Below are positions 48,413 through 59,744 of a DNA stretch of 64,000 nucleotides, one piece after another. The DNA is from Giardia intestinalis. Lineage: Eukaryota. The DNA is taken from the NCBI GenBank assembly GCA_000002435.2, contig CM018793.1; one strand, given 5' to 3'. The notes beneath the pieces were generated by a model that searched no databases, had not been told where the DNA came from, and worked only from the letters and a program-made list of their open reading frames with translations. The position numbers and the translations under genes are program-made. Every line of letters starts with the position of its first letter. Position 1 is the stretch's first letter.

Positions 48413-50653
48413 TTACTCATTAAGAAATATTGTTGCCTTGCATGCTATACTCTCCACACACACGTCTGGTGGGAAGCAATTTCCCAAACGCGTAGCATCT
48501 GTAGCCTTTGTATACACTATTATGAGAGATCTTGGTATATCTTGGTTGACACTAAAGTATCTTCCTGCATTGCTCAGAAGCTCAGGCGACCGTGGCGGAG
48601 ATAAGAAGATAACGTTTTGAAGTTTTGAAAAGGGCGGTTGACGATAATACAGAATTCTTTCCGTGACAATTAAGAAGTTAAGTACACCATTTTCGAGCTT
48701 GCGTCTTAGCTGCGTAATTTCCTTCAGGGTAGCACTCTCCTCTATAAACCCCCACACTATGTTAGAATATGCAAGAAGCTTCAGGACTCTAACAATGCAC
48801 ACCATCATATAATAGCTGGGCACAACAACTAGCATGTGCTTATCTATTTCTGGCGCTCTTATTAACCGAGGAATGAGAACGTTAATTAAGTAGTCGATCT
48901 TGGGATAATCTTTTACTAAAAAGCTCAATCTCCGCTCATCTATGCTATCTGTCTGACGAGCCTGGACAGCTCCCTTTTCTAATCTGTATAGAATAATGCG
49001 GAGAAACGGGAAGTCTTCTCGTAACTTCACATGCGGATATATCGTTGGAATAGAAGTAATCCTAATAAGGCCCTTAGAGTTGTGGACTAATGAGCATGTA
49101 GAAAAAGCCTCATTCATTGGTATTGACTGAACAGGCCCGCTACGTTTGATGGAGGGCTCATTAATAATCTCATCCTTTTCTGCCTTCTCCACATTCTGTT
49201 GATGCAGTAGCTTATTGAAGTCTTCTCCAAAACATTCTCCCACAGCTAGTACTTGGAGTAAGAATCTTTGTTGTCCGTTGAGATATGCAGGTAGGTATGT
49301 TCGGATGTCACAGGCGTAATTATGCGTCTGCACGAGACTTCCTTCGCGTGGAGGCTTATGAATCCCCCATATGCAGCTCAAAAAGTGCTCCCAGTTCTGC
49401 ATCTCTAAGGCGTTGATGTCTCCTATAAGTAAAGTGTGCAACGATGAAAGCATCCCGATAAAATTGACAATCTTAAAGCCATCGCCAGCCCGAGCCTTGA
49501 ATGTATTATCAGTTGTTGGATCAATATTGCATTGTTGTCTCAGGCCAAGCGGAGACGCCACTATTATATCTGCGACACGCAGCGGCGTGAGAAGAATGAT
49601 TTTGTTTCCATGTATTTGTATTCCAAAATTAAAATTATCGTCTGTATCGCCGCAAAATGACCGATACCATTGTGCAGTATTTCGTCGCCGCTGTTCAACA
49701 AGTGCGTCACTGAGGGCGTCCGGGGCTTCGTCGGCCAATAGGGAAAGTGTGTGTGTATTTCCATCCTCTAAAACAGAACATGCGATTCTTGGTTCATCTT
49801 CATCGCACCCAAACTTTTCTTCCCATTCCTCCAATCGATGCGGAGTTAATTCAAAGATTTTCATCCCAACAGCTAATAGGGTCATTACAAACCTCCACGA
49901 TGCATGCCTTGTTGGGAGTAGAACTAGCGTGTGAGTGCGTGTGTATCCATTACATGTAAGATCGTAGGCAGCACTCTCGGATGTATCTCGCCCAGCACGC
50001 AGATTCTGAACAACGTCGTACCGCTTTGCAGCATGCTGAACTGCTTGGTTCAAGAGATGCACTACAGCAGCTTCCTGATATATTGCTCTAACATCATAAG
50101 AAGGAGATGTGCAGACAACAGACACGCGAGATGAAAATAAGCCCAAAAAACGCTTGTACAAAGCTTGGTTGGCAAAACGCTGATCTGGATCGAAATGGGT
50201 ACGAAGCTTTGCTAGAAGAGACCATTCCTCTGGATCGAGCTTTTCAGAATAATAGTCTTGAAATCGTTGTTGAAAGGCCAACAAAGATTGGACTTCCGAG
50301 TCATTAAGGTTGCACGAACACGTAAGTCCTGTAACAATGTCAGAGCTATATGTGAACAGGCCAGTAATCTCCTTCGCCGCCTTAAAGTGTGTTCTGTCGG
50401 CTGGTATAGGAGAAGAATGTAAGTGATCCCAGAATGAAGACAAGATACTGCTTTGTTTTATCTGAGTAGAACGATACTCCTCCTCGCTCTTCTCGTCCTC
50501 TTCATAAAGATTAGGAGCAAAATCTGACGTGCGTCGCAGGATAGCTCCTACGCCACACGAACTTTCAGATTCATCAGTAGGCTCAGTAAACTCGTTGCTT
50601 TCAGCCCTCTTACTCCCCTGAAGAAGAGAAATAAGAGATTTGTAGTCACTCAT
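48413..50653 (-). CDS. Probable Utp25/DEF-like protein (SSU-processome factor with degenerate DEAD-box-like fold).
   Basis: 746 aa with an acidic N-terminus. Helicase-like but degenerate motifs: LLPTRHASW (Ia-like), IIVASPLGLR (Ib-like), LLIGDINALE (II-like), and C-terminal FLIVTERILYYRQPPFSKLQNVIFLSPP, which resembles the Utp25 signature. ATG at 50653 after an AT-rich tract. Confidence 0.55.
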   Translation of the reverse strand: MSDYKSLISLLQGSKRAESNEFTEPTDESESSCGVGAILRRTSDFAPNLYEEDEKSEEEYRSTQIKQSSILSSFWDHLHSSPIPADRTHFKAAKEITGLFTYSSDIVTGLTCSCNLNDSEVQSLLAFQQRFQDYYSEKLDPEEWSLLAKLRTHFDPDQRFANQALYKRFLGLFSSRVSVVCTSPSYDVRAIYQEAAVVHLLNQAVQHAAKRYDVVQNLRAGRDTSESAAYDLTCNGYTRTHTLVLLPTRHASWRFVMTLLAVGMKIFELTPHRLEEWEEKFGCDEDEPRIACSVLEDGNTHTLSLLADEAPDALSDALVEQRRRNTAQWYRSFCGDTDDNFNFGIQIHGNKIILLTPLRVADIIVASPLGLRQQCNIDPTTDNTFKARAGDGFKIVNFIGMLSSLHTLLIGDINALEMQNWEHFLSCIWGIHKPPREGSLVQTHNYACDIRTYLPAYLNGQQRFLLQVLAVGECFGEDFNKLLHQQNVEKAEKDEIINEPSIKRSGPVQSIPMNEAFSTCSLVHNSKGLIRITSIPTIYPHVKLREDFPFLRIILYRLEKGAVQARQTDSIDERRLSFLVKDYPKIDYLINVLIPRLIRAPEIDKHMLVVVPSYYMMVCIVRVLKLLAYSNIVWGFIEESATLKEITQLRRKLENGVLNFLIVTERILYYRQPPFSKLQNVIFLSPPRSPELLSNAGRYFSVNQDIPRSLIIVYTKATDATRLGNCFPPDVCVESIACKATIFLNE

Positions 50654-53060
50654 ATAGTCAGAATATTTACAATTAATAGCGAATTGACAGCGGGCTCCTA
50701 GCTAGGCTTATTGCCTCTAAGACACCGAAATATATAATAGCATAGCTGTTAACTAGGTAACCGATTAAGATTCGGTTAATTGTAAATGCATATTTTGCCT
50801 CTATTAACGAGGAAGGCAACGACTATTGCTCCAGTATTCTTCAATAATCTGAGCAGTTTTGCAGGGCTTTCCCCATGCATTTTTAAAGAGGTTGGATTAT
50901 GATTATAGCAATCTGAAGAATACAAATTTTTAAGACTCACTGCATATTACCTTTAACTCGCTAAGCGATGCAGAAAAAGATGTCAGCTTGGCCTGCAGTA
51001 GTTCTCTGACCCTTCTGCCTCAGTGGCCTCTCTGATGAGCAACAGCCAACTGGAAAGTCGTCAATCGCTGGAACGCTCATACCACATAGTGGCCGCTCAA
51101 GAGGTGCAAGGGCTGCACACACCGCTGTGGACGGGATGTTCGGTCAGCGGCTCTCCGGTGCGTTGAGCTGGCCCTTAGTTGCCACTCTGTGGCCTCCGAT
51201 AGGGACGAGCCTTATGAAGAGGCTTGCTTGGAGAACTCCTGACATTGCGACGCCTATCCTGAGAAGACAATGCTAACTCGCATAAGGTACTTCCACTGCT
51301 CATTCCCGCTGATCCAGATAAACGCCTTGCATGCTTCAGATTGTCCTCTGTTGCCAGCAGAGCAGCCACCGCCCTGTGTGTCTCCTTCAGACACATGCCC
51401 ATCTATGACGGCGCTTCCTGTCTCTTCTCTGAAGAGGCACAACCGTCCCAATCCAGACACCTTGCTCTCAGCACACACCTCGTATCTATCAGAGGCCAGG
51501 TGTTCGTCGACCATATTCCATGAGCATCAGTACTGTGCCACTATGTTACTTCCTGTCCTGAGGGGCGTGCTCTGACCATCCCAGTGTCTCTATGATAGGA
51601 GAGCTGTGGATCCGGAGGTGGTTGTTGCTTTCTGGCCCTCTCTGCTGTCCAGTAGACTGCAAGAGCGCCCTTCGGAAGTCGGTCCCCTAACCTCCTGTTC
51701 TCTCGGGGAAGTGGTCCTTGGATAGCGCCACTCGGAAGACTCCCGAAGCCTCACTACACGAGCTGCTGCACCTGGGGACTCCTGGAGTATCCTTATAAAG
51801 TCGCCCAGTGACGCAAGTCCTACCCATTGTCAGCGGAGGTCTCGGCTCTCAAGGACATCTCAGGGACAGCACGTCAGCGCCACTTCCTGACAGGGGCATG
51901 CGGAAGATCTGCTTCCTCTTGTGGATCCATCATTGGCATCGAGAGCACTAAGCCTGCCATCTTCGCTGGAGGTGTCAGCAGACGGTACTCCGCATCCACC
52001 CACGGAAGGGCTGAATCGTGTGCTGTCGTCATAATATTCCATATTAATGCAGATAAACCTCCCGGTGGCACTTGGGGATTCCCGACACGGTGCGCTAATA
52101 TACTACTTGCTCGAGCTATTGCTCAGATCTGCGATCCCCGTGGTCTGGGCCAGGTGCCTTGAATGGCCTCCAGCCCTAGTAGGAGCACAGGTCGGTGCTC
52201 CTTGTTCCAAACAAGCATTCCATCTATTGTGCCCAGCCCTGAAAGACCCGCTCCTTTGCCGGTATCCGAGCGCTGTCTGCCCCCAGGGGGCATGCTGGCA
52301 TTCAACAGAGAGGCTTGCAGATACCACAGATCTCGGTGGTAAAGCGCCTGGGCCCCTGCCCTGGGCACGAGTAAGAAGCCCCAGCAGTACTTCGCTGCGG
52401 ACTATGACACGGTTCCTGTGTGGTGCCAGGCGATGCACAGCAGCCACGAGTGTGCAGTCCTCTGCGCCTGCCCACCGATGACGCAGCCGGGGCCTGTGGA
52501 GCAGCAGGGTCGAGACACACATATGGGAGGCGCCGACGGGCATTGGACCATTGGCCGTCAAATGGTGGGTATGACTTGAGAGGTGGCTCGCGGCAGGTAA
52601 TTTACTCGACCGCAGCAGACAGGATCGCCTTTGGCCTAAAACCGCCATGTGTCGGTAGATGCACCTGTGTCTTCCACCACTGTTCTGTGTGCCATTATTA
52701 TATTCTGGCGTCTCTAGATTTGGCAGAGGCATCTAACAAGGAATTCACAACTAGAGGCTGGCCCAACAGCCAGAGAGGCGTCTATTGGGCTGTACACCCA
52801 TGCACCGGATTGTCTTGAAGGGGTCGTTCCCTCTCTAATCACGTGCTCTGTCCCCGGTCCGTACCAGCGAAAGTCTTACTGAGACAATGCACTGGCAACG
52901 GACACAATAACCGGTGTTAGGGTAACTAACTGAGACACCCACTGCCCAGGATACTGACCAGACCACCAGGCAGCGATTGGCCGGAATAAGGGAGAGCCGC
53001 TCTCCTTGGCATACTCTACTATGTGCGTGCAAGAATGGATGGACCATAAAGTGAGGCCAC
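50654..53060. other. 2.4-kb block with no credible ORF: AT-rich for the first ~350 bp, then moderately GC-rich.
   Basis: Only short overlapping ORFs (209 aa or less) with no codon bias and no cysteine periodicity. Contrasts with 7-50 bp intergenic spacers elsewhere. Confidence 0.4.
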
Positions 53061-55484
53061 TCAATTCTTCTTTCGGAAGACGAAAAACCAAACCAGCACA
53101 GCCGCCACACCGCCGACGACAAGGACCACGCCGATGGCGATGCCAGAGATGGCACTAGACGAGAGGGCGGACTTTTTGGAGGTGTTGTCGTACTCCAGAC
53201 ATATGGGTGTGGCTGCGCCCTCTGGAACCACGCAGAGGCTGCACTTGGAGATCGCCTTGTGACACGCCTTGCACGTGTTTTCGGAGAAGTAGTACCCGGT
53301 CAGGCAGTCGAAGCATGCCTTCCCATGGGGGCAGGTGGCGCAGCCCTTGGAGCACGCCTTGCATGCCCCCTTCTCCAGGTAGAACCCGCTGTTACAGGCG
53401 TTGCAGACCCCACTACTACACATTGCACAGTTCGTCGGGCATGTAAGGAGCGTTCCGTTGTACGTTATCCCATACCCAGCCACGATGCTATCACACCAGC
53501 CGTTATTCTCCTTCGTACAGACAGTCTTCCCGGGGAGGAGTGTGGAGGTGTAGCACCCCCCGTTGAGGCTGAAGGAGTTTGAGCTGCAGAGAGCACATCT
53601 ACCGTCGGCGACATTCACGCACGCGGTACCAGCCGCCCGCGAGCTGGAGGAGGTGCACACCCCGTTGTTGGGGTACTCCGTGCTCTTGGCACAGCGCGAG
53701 CAGTAGCTGGTCCCGCTCACCGTGAGCCCGCACTCTGCACAGCTGCTGTCCTTCACGCACTGCGGGACGCACGATCCCTTGGCACCGTCGCTGTACTGCA
53801 GCCGCTTCCTGGCAGGGCAGGAGGTGCAGTCGCCGGATGCCGGTCCGCTGCACGTGGCGCACTCAGAGCTGCACGGCTTGCATCCTCCCGAGCCCTCGAC
53901 GTAGAACCCGTCCCTGCACGTCTTGCACTTGGATTCCGACTCGCAGACTACGCAGTTGCCGAGCGTGCACGCCACGCACCTCGAGACGCCGCCCACGGTG
54001 GCCTTGTAGTACCCGGCGGAGCCCAGGCAGTCCTTCACGCACAGACCGTGGGGATCGAGGCTGTTGCCATCGGTACACTTTGTGCACACGTCTCTGTCCT
54101 CGCACGTGTCGCAGTTGGGGTCCTTGCACTTGGTCGCCACGCACTGACTGCTGGAGAGTGTGTAGCCATACTTGCACTTCTTACAGCTCGACTCGTCACA
54201 CTCAGCGCAGTTCTCCACCGCGCACCCGACACACTTCCCGTCCTTCAGATAGGACCCGTCATCGCACGCGCAGCTGTGGACCGAGGATGAGGACTCCTGC
54301 ACGCCCTTCTGCCCCTTGGGACAGCTGGCCAGGCAGCTCCTCTTATCCAGGCTCAGGTAGAGGTCGCGGCACTCCAGACACTGAAGACCACTGTCCTTCA
54401 TCTCACACCTTTGGCATCCCTCTATTCCCCCGTTGGCTGAGTCCCCGCAGCGCCAGCATCTGCTATTCTTGGTGAACACCTCTTTGGTTGAACTGTTACA
54501 TGTGGTGCAAACGTTGCCCTGCATTGCTTGACAAATATAAGATTCTATTTGATTCGGAGCATTATTAAATAAGTAGCATCCACCATAAAACAAGAAGTAT
54601 TGCCCGCTGCTATCATTCTTACAAGATGTGCATTTTCCTGTTCTAGGATCTTTCGTACAAACATTACCAAATTCGCTGATTGACTTACAGAGGCCATTCT
54701 GAGGCGCTTCTGATGAATTGGCGCATTGTGTGCACAACGATCGTCCCTGTATATCTATAGTATTTCTTGGTAAACAGATACTGTTACCAATTATACTATC
54801 TGCGGTATAACACCCAAACTGACTCCAGACGTAACCCCTAGGGCAAACATAACAATAGCCAAAAACAGCTGTGCTAGAAGCAGGCTTGCATCGAAAATCA
54901 AAAGGGCACATAACTCGTTCTGAGCATTCGCTACAGCTGGGTATAGTGTTCCCTGGCAACCTATGTTGGTTACAGTACTGACACCTATATACACCACTAC
55001 TCCCGCCAAAGCCTACTATATCTCCGCAGTAGATACAGCGTTCAGGAGAGGTCGCATTAGGGTTGGTAAAAGTTATTGGGGTATAATACCCACCGCCCTT
55101 TCCGCACTCTTGACAAATCCCATTTTCTGCACGATCGCAGATACTTGCTTTCCATCTGCCAGACAATTCATAGCAGCCACCGTAAAATAAGAAGTAACCA
55201 TTGTTACATCCTGTGCACCATCCACCTTTCGGCGATTTAACACAACCGGCTTTATTAACTTTTTCGTCTGTAGTAGCAACACATGTGCCATTGATGGGAA
55301 CATAATCCTGGCTACACTCTGTGCAAAAAAAAGTAGTTAAGTCCACTAGGCATCTATCCTGAAGACACTGTGGGATCCTGCCTTCACAAGAATACCCAAA
55401 GCCATTGTAGTATACAAACGTTTCCTCAGAGAAAGACCCTGCCAGAAAACAAGTCAGAATCACGATCAGCGAAGCCAAAATCAT
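53061..55484 (-). CDS. High-cysteine membrane protein (VSP-like ectodomain with non-VSP tail).
   Basis: Signal peptide MILASLIVILTCFLAGSFS. About 11 percent Cys with many CxxC and GGCY motifs. One TM segment (GIAIGVVLVVGGVAAVLVWFFVF) and a short cytoplasmic tail RKKN, not the VSP-specific CRGKA. Track start 55526 is GTG; the first ATG is at 55484. Confidence 0.8.
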   Translation of the reverse strand: MILASLIVILTCFLAGSFSEETFVYYNGFGYSCEGRIPQCLQDRCLVDLTTFFCTECSQDYVPINGTCVATTDEKVNKAGCVKSPKGGWCTGCNNGYFLFYGGCYELSGRWKASICDRAENGICQECGKGGGYYTPITFTNPNATSPERCIYCGDIVGFGGSSGVYRCQYCNQHRLPGNTIPSCSECSERVMCPFDFRCKPASSTAVFGYCYVCPRGYVWSQFGCYTADSIIGNSICLPRNTIDIQGRSLCTQCANSSEAPQNGLCKSISEFGNVCTKDPRTGKCTSCKNDSSGQYFLFYGGCYLFNNAPNQIESYICQAMQGNVCTTCNSSTKEVFTKNSRCWRCGDSANGGIEGCQRCEMKDSGLQCLECRDLYLSLDKRSCLASCPKGQKGVQESSSSVHSCACDDGSYLKDGKCVGCAVENCAECDESSCKKCKYGYTLSSSQCVATKCKDPNCDTCEDRDVCTKCTDGNSLDPHGLCVKDCLGSAGYYKATVGGVSRCVACTLGNCVVCESESKCKTCRDGFYVEGSGGCKPCSSECATCSGPASGDCTSCPARKRLQYSDGAKGSCVPQCVKDSSCAECGLTVSGTSYCSRCAKSTEYPNNGVCTSSSSRAAGTACVNVADGRCALCSSNSFSLNGGCYTSTLLPGKTVCTKENNGWCDSIVAGYGITYNGTLLTCPTNCAMCSSGVCNACNSGFYLEKGACKACSKGCATCPHGKACFDCLTGYYFSENTCKACHKAISKCSLCVVPEGAATPICLEYDNTSKKSALSSSAISGIAIGVVLVVGGVAAVLVWFFVFRKKN

Positions 55485-57279
55485 GGGGCTATTATTCTTT
55501 ATTGGATACCTATGAAAGTTACACACTAATCCGAGTCAGCCACTGAAAGCCTTGGCTTAGAATTACAACTGTCAGAATAATACCCCTTGTACTTCTTACA
55601 GACAGACTACAGCCGGCAGACCCATGGAAGGGCTCACTCTACTTACACTAGTCATCGACTCACACGGCGACCTGAGCAGCCTGTAATCTGGCTCTGCAAT
55701 GAAACAGTTAGGCGATCTGTTTGTCTCCATTCTCAAGCAGACTTGCCTAATTCAAAATTACTAACATACGCTTCAAAGTTTCGCAGGACTTACAGTACAG
55801 AAAACTCATTGGGAACATGTTCCGAGCAAACACGTTCGATACACAACCACCTCACAAAGGACTCTCTGCTATCAAGAAGATCCTCTCGAGGTCTATGAGT
55901 GGGGTAACTGTAAGCAAGCTCCTTGAAGAATGGCTGTTTTCAGGCGCCTGTCCATCCCCTTACCCCGATGTTCCAGGAGCCAGCATCAGTCATATCTTCG
56001 TTGAGCAAGGGCACTGTGGAGGGAACCCTGCAGGGCCTAACGAGCGTTCGGAGGTGCAGCAGAACAACGACGAGACACGGTGTGCCATCGCATAGGCACT
56101 AAGATCTCGCTGACCTGTGCACTGAAGGATGCAGGCCATCCGAGTCCTTCTCTGTATGCAATCGTAGCCTGCTGCTTTCGTCGGTGTTTGTCCTCCACGA
56201 GGGCCCTTATTACCCGAAGCCCTAGAGCCCTGAGGTCGTACTGCGGCAAGCATCTGCTCTACAGGTGCTGACGTACAGGCCACTTTACTTTAGTACTGGC
56301 AGTCGGAGAATACTTCGACGTGGTTTGTTCAGAGACGCCAGGAGTACAGCCAAGTACCTTGCCGACAAACACAGCATCCAGCCCCAGAAGAACATCTAGT
56401 CCTCCTGAGGCACGATGCGGCCATGTTTGTCTTCTGCTGGTACCGGGCCCAAACGGACAGCCTGCTTACCGAAGAAGAACGTATGCAGTTAGACACCTCT
56501 GAAGGCCTGGCCTGCCCTAGCAACCCAATTCACTGCGGAGTGCTCTTTGCTGCCCCCGCCCCCGGTGCACGGAGATTTAATCAAGTAAATCGCTATTTGG
56601 ACATTGAAACATTCCCTTCCTTATTATCAACAGCCGCCCTGCAGCCGCTACCGGAAGGACCCGCGTGTATGACCTTTGCTCTAACGCTAAGCAAGGGTGC
56701 TTTAATGTGTGGCAACGTAGAACTCGTTTCGACAAAGCATGCGGCCTTATCCACTCTCTCTATGTGCCTATTGGATAAGGCTCAATCGAGTACACACAAG
56801 CCTTTTGTTTATCAAAAAATACTACCTCTGGCCGAGCCTACCTCTCATAACCAAAACGAAGGCACTTACTGACGTGCAACACGATGGGAAAACGGACCCA
56901 CACTGTATCTTGAGGTAGCAGTCAATGATTAGGCAGGTGGTGCTTGCATTAGCGCATCAAAGGGAAAATTATGGACCACTGCCTCTGAACTTAATGTCAA
57001 GTTTGTACAGCCTAGCCCCATATGGGACGAAGCTTATGCGCATACATGAGTGGATTTGACTGCATAATCACATTGAGTTGAGATACAGACGACACAGGGT
57101 ATTACGGCCCAGTCACATGGAGTAATCGAGCTTCCTGTGGAGAACACCCTGAAAGGCTAGACCATCTGGAAAAGATACTTGACCTCACAACATTTGTAGA
57201 TCCATCACATATAGAGATCCGCTCATAGCCAGTGTGGTCATCGCATGGGATCCGTCGATGATGCGCTTATTATTTAAGT
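55485..57279. other. 1.8-kb block without convincing genes between the high-cysteine protein's 5' end and the VSP fragment.
   Basis: Only short ORFs, for example 56423..56872 (149 aa, true ATG, no features). Confidence 0.35.
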
Positions 57280-58086
57280 CTATAGCTTTCCTCTACAAAG
57301 GAGCCACCAGCGGCGGAAGCCGGCCAAAGCAGCAACAACGAGAAAGCCGGCCGCTGCCCCCTGCGATCGCTGCCCTCTTCCTGACCAGCTCCTTGGCTGG
57401 AACGCAGACGCCCTTCTGAGGACTGCGTCGATCTCACACATGCACACCCCCTGGTTCGATGAGGCCCTGGCGCCGCACCCTTCTGCACACGTCCGCTGGT
57501 CTACTTGGACGTTGTGGCCCGAAGTGACACACGAGAGGCACCTACCCGACTCATCGCAGGCAGCACACAACGGCATGCCAGAGGAACACTCGACTGCGGA
57601 CACACACCCGGATCTATCCAGCGCCGGCAGGAAGCCCCGCTCGCACCAGCACCTCCGCACGCCGCCGGACACCTCTCCCACCACCTTGTCCCCGGTGCAC
57701 TCCTCCAGGCACGACTGCCCGTCCAGGCTCACGAAAAGCTCCTCCGCGCACTCTGTGCAGAAGGATGTATGCCCGCAGGTCTTGCACCCCGGAGTGGCGC
57801 AGGGCAGGCACGCGTCTCCGTATGCGTAGTACCCGTCCACACAGGCGCCGGGGTCGACGCAGCTCCCGGTGGCGGCACCCGAGGCCTTCTTCAGGAGCTT
57901 GTCAGAGGGGCACCTGGTGCAGCGGCCGGGGCCAGGGGCAGTGCACTCCAGGCACCCAGGGGCACAGGGCTGCAGGCTCCCATCGGCCGATATCCAGTAC
58001 CCCTTCTTGGTCGTTGTGCACTTCCCGCCTGACTGCTTATCACAGATAGTACTTCCCGGATAGTACTTCGTTGTGTAGCAGCCCGT
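57280..58086 (-). pseudogene. Variant-specific surface protein (VSP) 3' fragment: C-terminal ~268 codons without a start codon or signal peptide. Tail is ...WWLLCRGKL.
   Basis: Minus-strand frame is open from the stop at 58087-58089 down to TAG at 57280-57282. It reads ...GKCTTTKKGYWISADGSLQPCAPGCLECTAPGPGRCTRCPSDKLLKKASGAATGSCVDPGACVDGYYAYGDACLPCATPGCKTC...TM...FRRWWLLCRGKL*. There is no in-frame ATG until deep inside. The track 'M' at 57840 is GTG. Confidence 0.6.
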
Positions 58087-58211
58087 TCATCAGGAAGGCC
58101 GCTTCAGAGCAGGCAGGGCAACCTAGGAGTGCACACCCGGCCCGGCGCTTGTCACAAACGACCACTCACAGCGGCAAACGGAGGTGCAGGCCTGCTTAGA
58201 ATGCGCGGAGA

Positions 58212-58218
58212 GTTTACT
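58212..58218 (-). terminator. Polyadenylation signal AGTAAAC after beta-tubulin copy 2.
   Basis: Minus strand reads TGAGTGAGTAAACTCTCCG. Confidence 0.5.
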
Positions 58219-58221
58219 CAC

Positions 58222-59565
58222 TCAGGCGTACTCGTCGCCGAAGTCCTCCTCCTCCTCGAACTCCTCGCCCTCGTCGACGCCGGCCTCCTGGTACTGCTGG
58301 TACTCGGAGACGAGGTCGTTCATGTTCGACTCGGCCTCTGTGAACTCCATCTCGTCCATCCCCTCGCCCGTGTACCAGTGGAGGAAGGCCTTGCGGCGGA
58401 ACATCGCCGTGAACTGCTCGCCGACGCGCTTGAAGAGCTCCTGGATGCACGTGGAGTTTCCGATGAAGGTCGCGGCCATCTTGAGCCCGCGCGGCGGGAT
58501 GTCGCAGACGCTGACCTTCATGTTGTTCGGGATCCACTCGACGAAGTACGAGGAGTTCTTGTTCTGGATGTTGAGCATCTGCTCGTCGACCTCCTTCGTG
58601 GACATGCGCCCGCGGAACATGGCGGCGGCGGTCAGGTAGCGGCCGTGGCGCGGGTCGGACGCGGCCATCATGTTCTTGTTGTCGAACATCTGGGAGACGA
58701 GCTCGGGGACCGTGAGGGCGCGGTAGATCTGGGAGCCGCGGCTCGTCAGGGGCGCGAAGCCGACGAGGAAGAAGTGGAGGCGCGGGAACGGGATCAGGTT
58801 GACCGCGAGCTTGCGGAGGTCGGCGTTGAGCTGGCCGGGGAAGCGGAGGCAGCTCGTGCAGCCGGACATGACGAGCGAGACGAGGTGGTTGAGGTCTCCG
58901 TAGGTGGGGCACGTGAGCTTGAGCGTGCGGAAGCAGATGTCGTAGAGGGCCTCGTTGTCGATGCAGAAGACCTCGTCGGCGTGCTCGACGAGCTGGTGGA
59001 CCGAGAGGGTCGCGTTGTACGGCTCAACGACCGTGTCCGAGACCTTCGGGGACGGGACGACGGAGAACGTGCACATCATGCGGTCGGGGTACTCCTCGCG
59101 GATCTTCGCGATGAGGAGCGTGCCCATCCCGGCGCCCGTGCCGCCCCCCAGGGAGTGGCAGATCTGGAAGCCCTGGAGGCAGTCGCACGCCTCGGACTCC
59201 TTGCGGACGACGTCGAGGACGGCGTCGACGAGCTCGGCGCCCTCCGTGTAGTGGCCCTTCGCCCAGTTGTTCCCGGCGCCGGACTGGCCGAAGACGAAGT
59301 TGTCGGGGCGGAAGATCTGCCCGAAGGGGCCTGCGCGGACAGAGTCCATCGTGCCCGGCTCGAGGTCCACGAGGATGGCGCGGGGGACGTACCTGCCGCC
59401 CGCCGCCTCGTTGAAGTAGACGTTGATCCTCTCGATCTGGAGCTCCGAGTCCCCGCGGTACTCGCCGCTCGGGTCGACGCCGTGCTCGTCGGAGATGACC
59501 TCCCAGAACTTCGCGCCGATCTGGTTGCCGCACTGGCCTGCCTGGATGTGGACAATCTCACGCAT
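58222..59565 (-). CDS. Beta-tubulin (copy 2 of 3).
   Basis: 447 aa, identical in protein sequence to copy 1. ATG at 59565 is preceded by GATTTAAAA, with an in-frame TAA at -6. Confidence 0.95.
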   Translation of the reverse strand: MREIVHIQAGQCGNQIGAKFWEVISDEHGVDPSGEYRGDSELQIERINVYFNEAAGGRYVPRAILVDLEPGTMDSVRAGPFGQIFRPDNFVFGQSGAGNNWAKGHYTEGAELVDAVLDVVRKESEACDCLQGFQICHSLGGGTGAGMGTLLIAKIREEYPDRMMCTFSVVPSPKVSDTVVEPYNATLSVHQLVEHADEVFCIDNEALYDICFRTLKLTCPTYGDLNHLVSLVMSGCTSCLRFPGQLNADLRKLAVNLIPFPRLHFFLVGFAPLTSRGSQIYRALTVPELVSQMFDNKNMMAASDPRHGRYLTAAAMFRGRMSTKEVDEQMLNIQNKNSSYFVEWIPNNMKVSVCDIPPRGLKMAATFIGNSTCIQELFKRVGEQFTAMFRRKAFLHWYTGEGMDEMEFTEAESNMNDLVSEYQQYQEAGVDEGEEFEEEEDFGDEYA

Positions 59566-59744
59566 TTTTAAATCGGCGCCGGCGGAATCTGGATTTGGCG
59601 GCGGCCAAGTTCAGATTGCGTAACAATAAATATGCAATAATGACATGAATGCAACCACTGTTATATACCATAGGTGGTCCTGTGGGAATCCTTACTTAAT
59701 GGTACAAGGCGATAAGTCAACAAAGTGTTGGAGCACCTACGGAA

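Larger units (their letters stand above)
58205..59619. repeat. Inverted-repeat arm A (beta-tubulin copy 2 plus a 54-bp shared 5' flank).
   Basis: The 54 bp upstream of the ATG (gcaatctgaacttggccgccgccaaatccagattccgccggcgccgatttaaaa) is identical to that upstream of copy 3 in reverse orientation. Confidence 0.85.

Noticed and set aside
50757-50777. Small hairpin taaccga-ttaagat-tcggtta in the AT-rich segment upstream of the Utp25-like gene.
   Set aside because: A 7-bp stem is expected by chance in 64 kb of AT-rich sequence. Noted only as a landmark.
52103-52732. 209-aa ORF (and overlapping 144-aa ORF 52047..52481) in the gene-free block.
   Set aside because: R/H/S/A-rich, no codon bias resembling neighbouring genes, and alternative frames equally open. 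Typical GC-driven noise.
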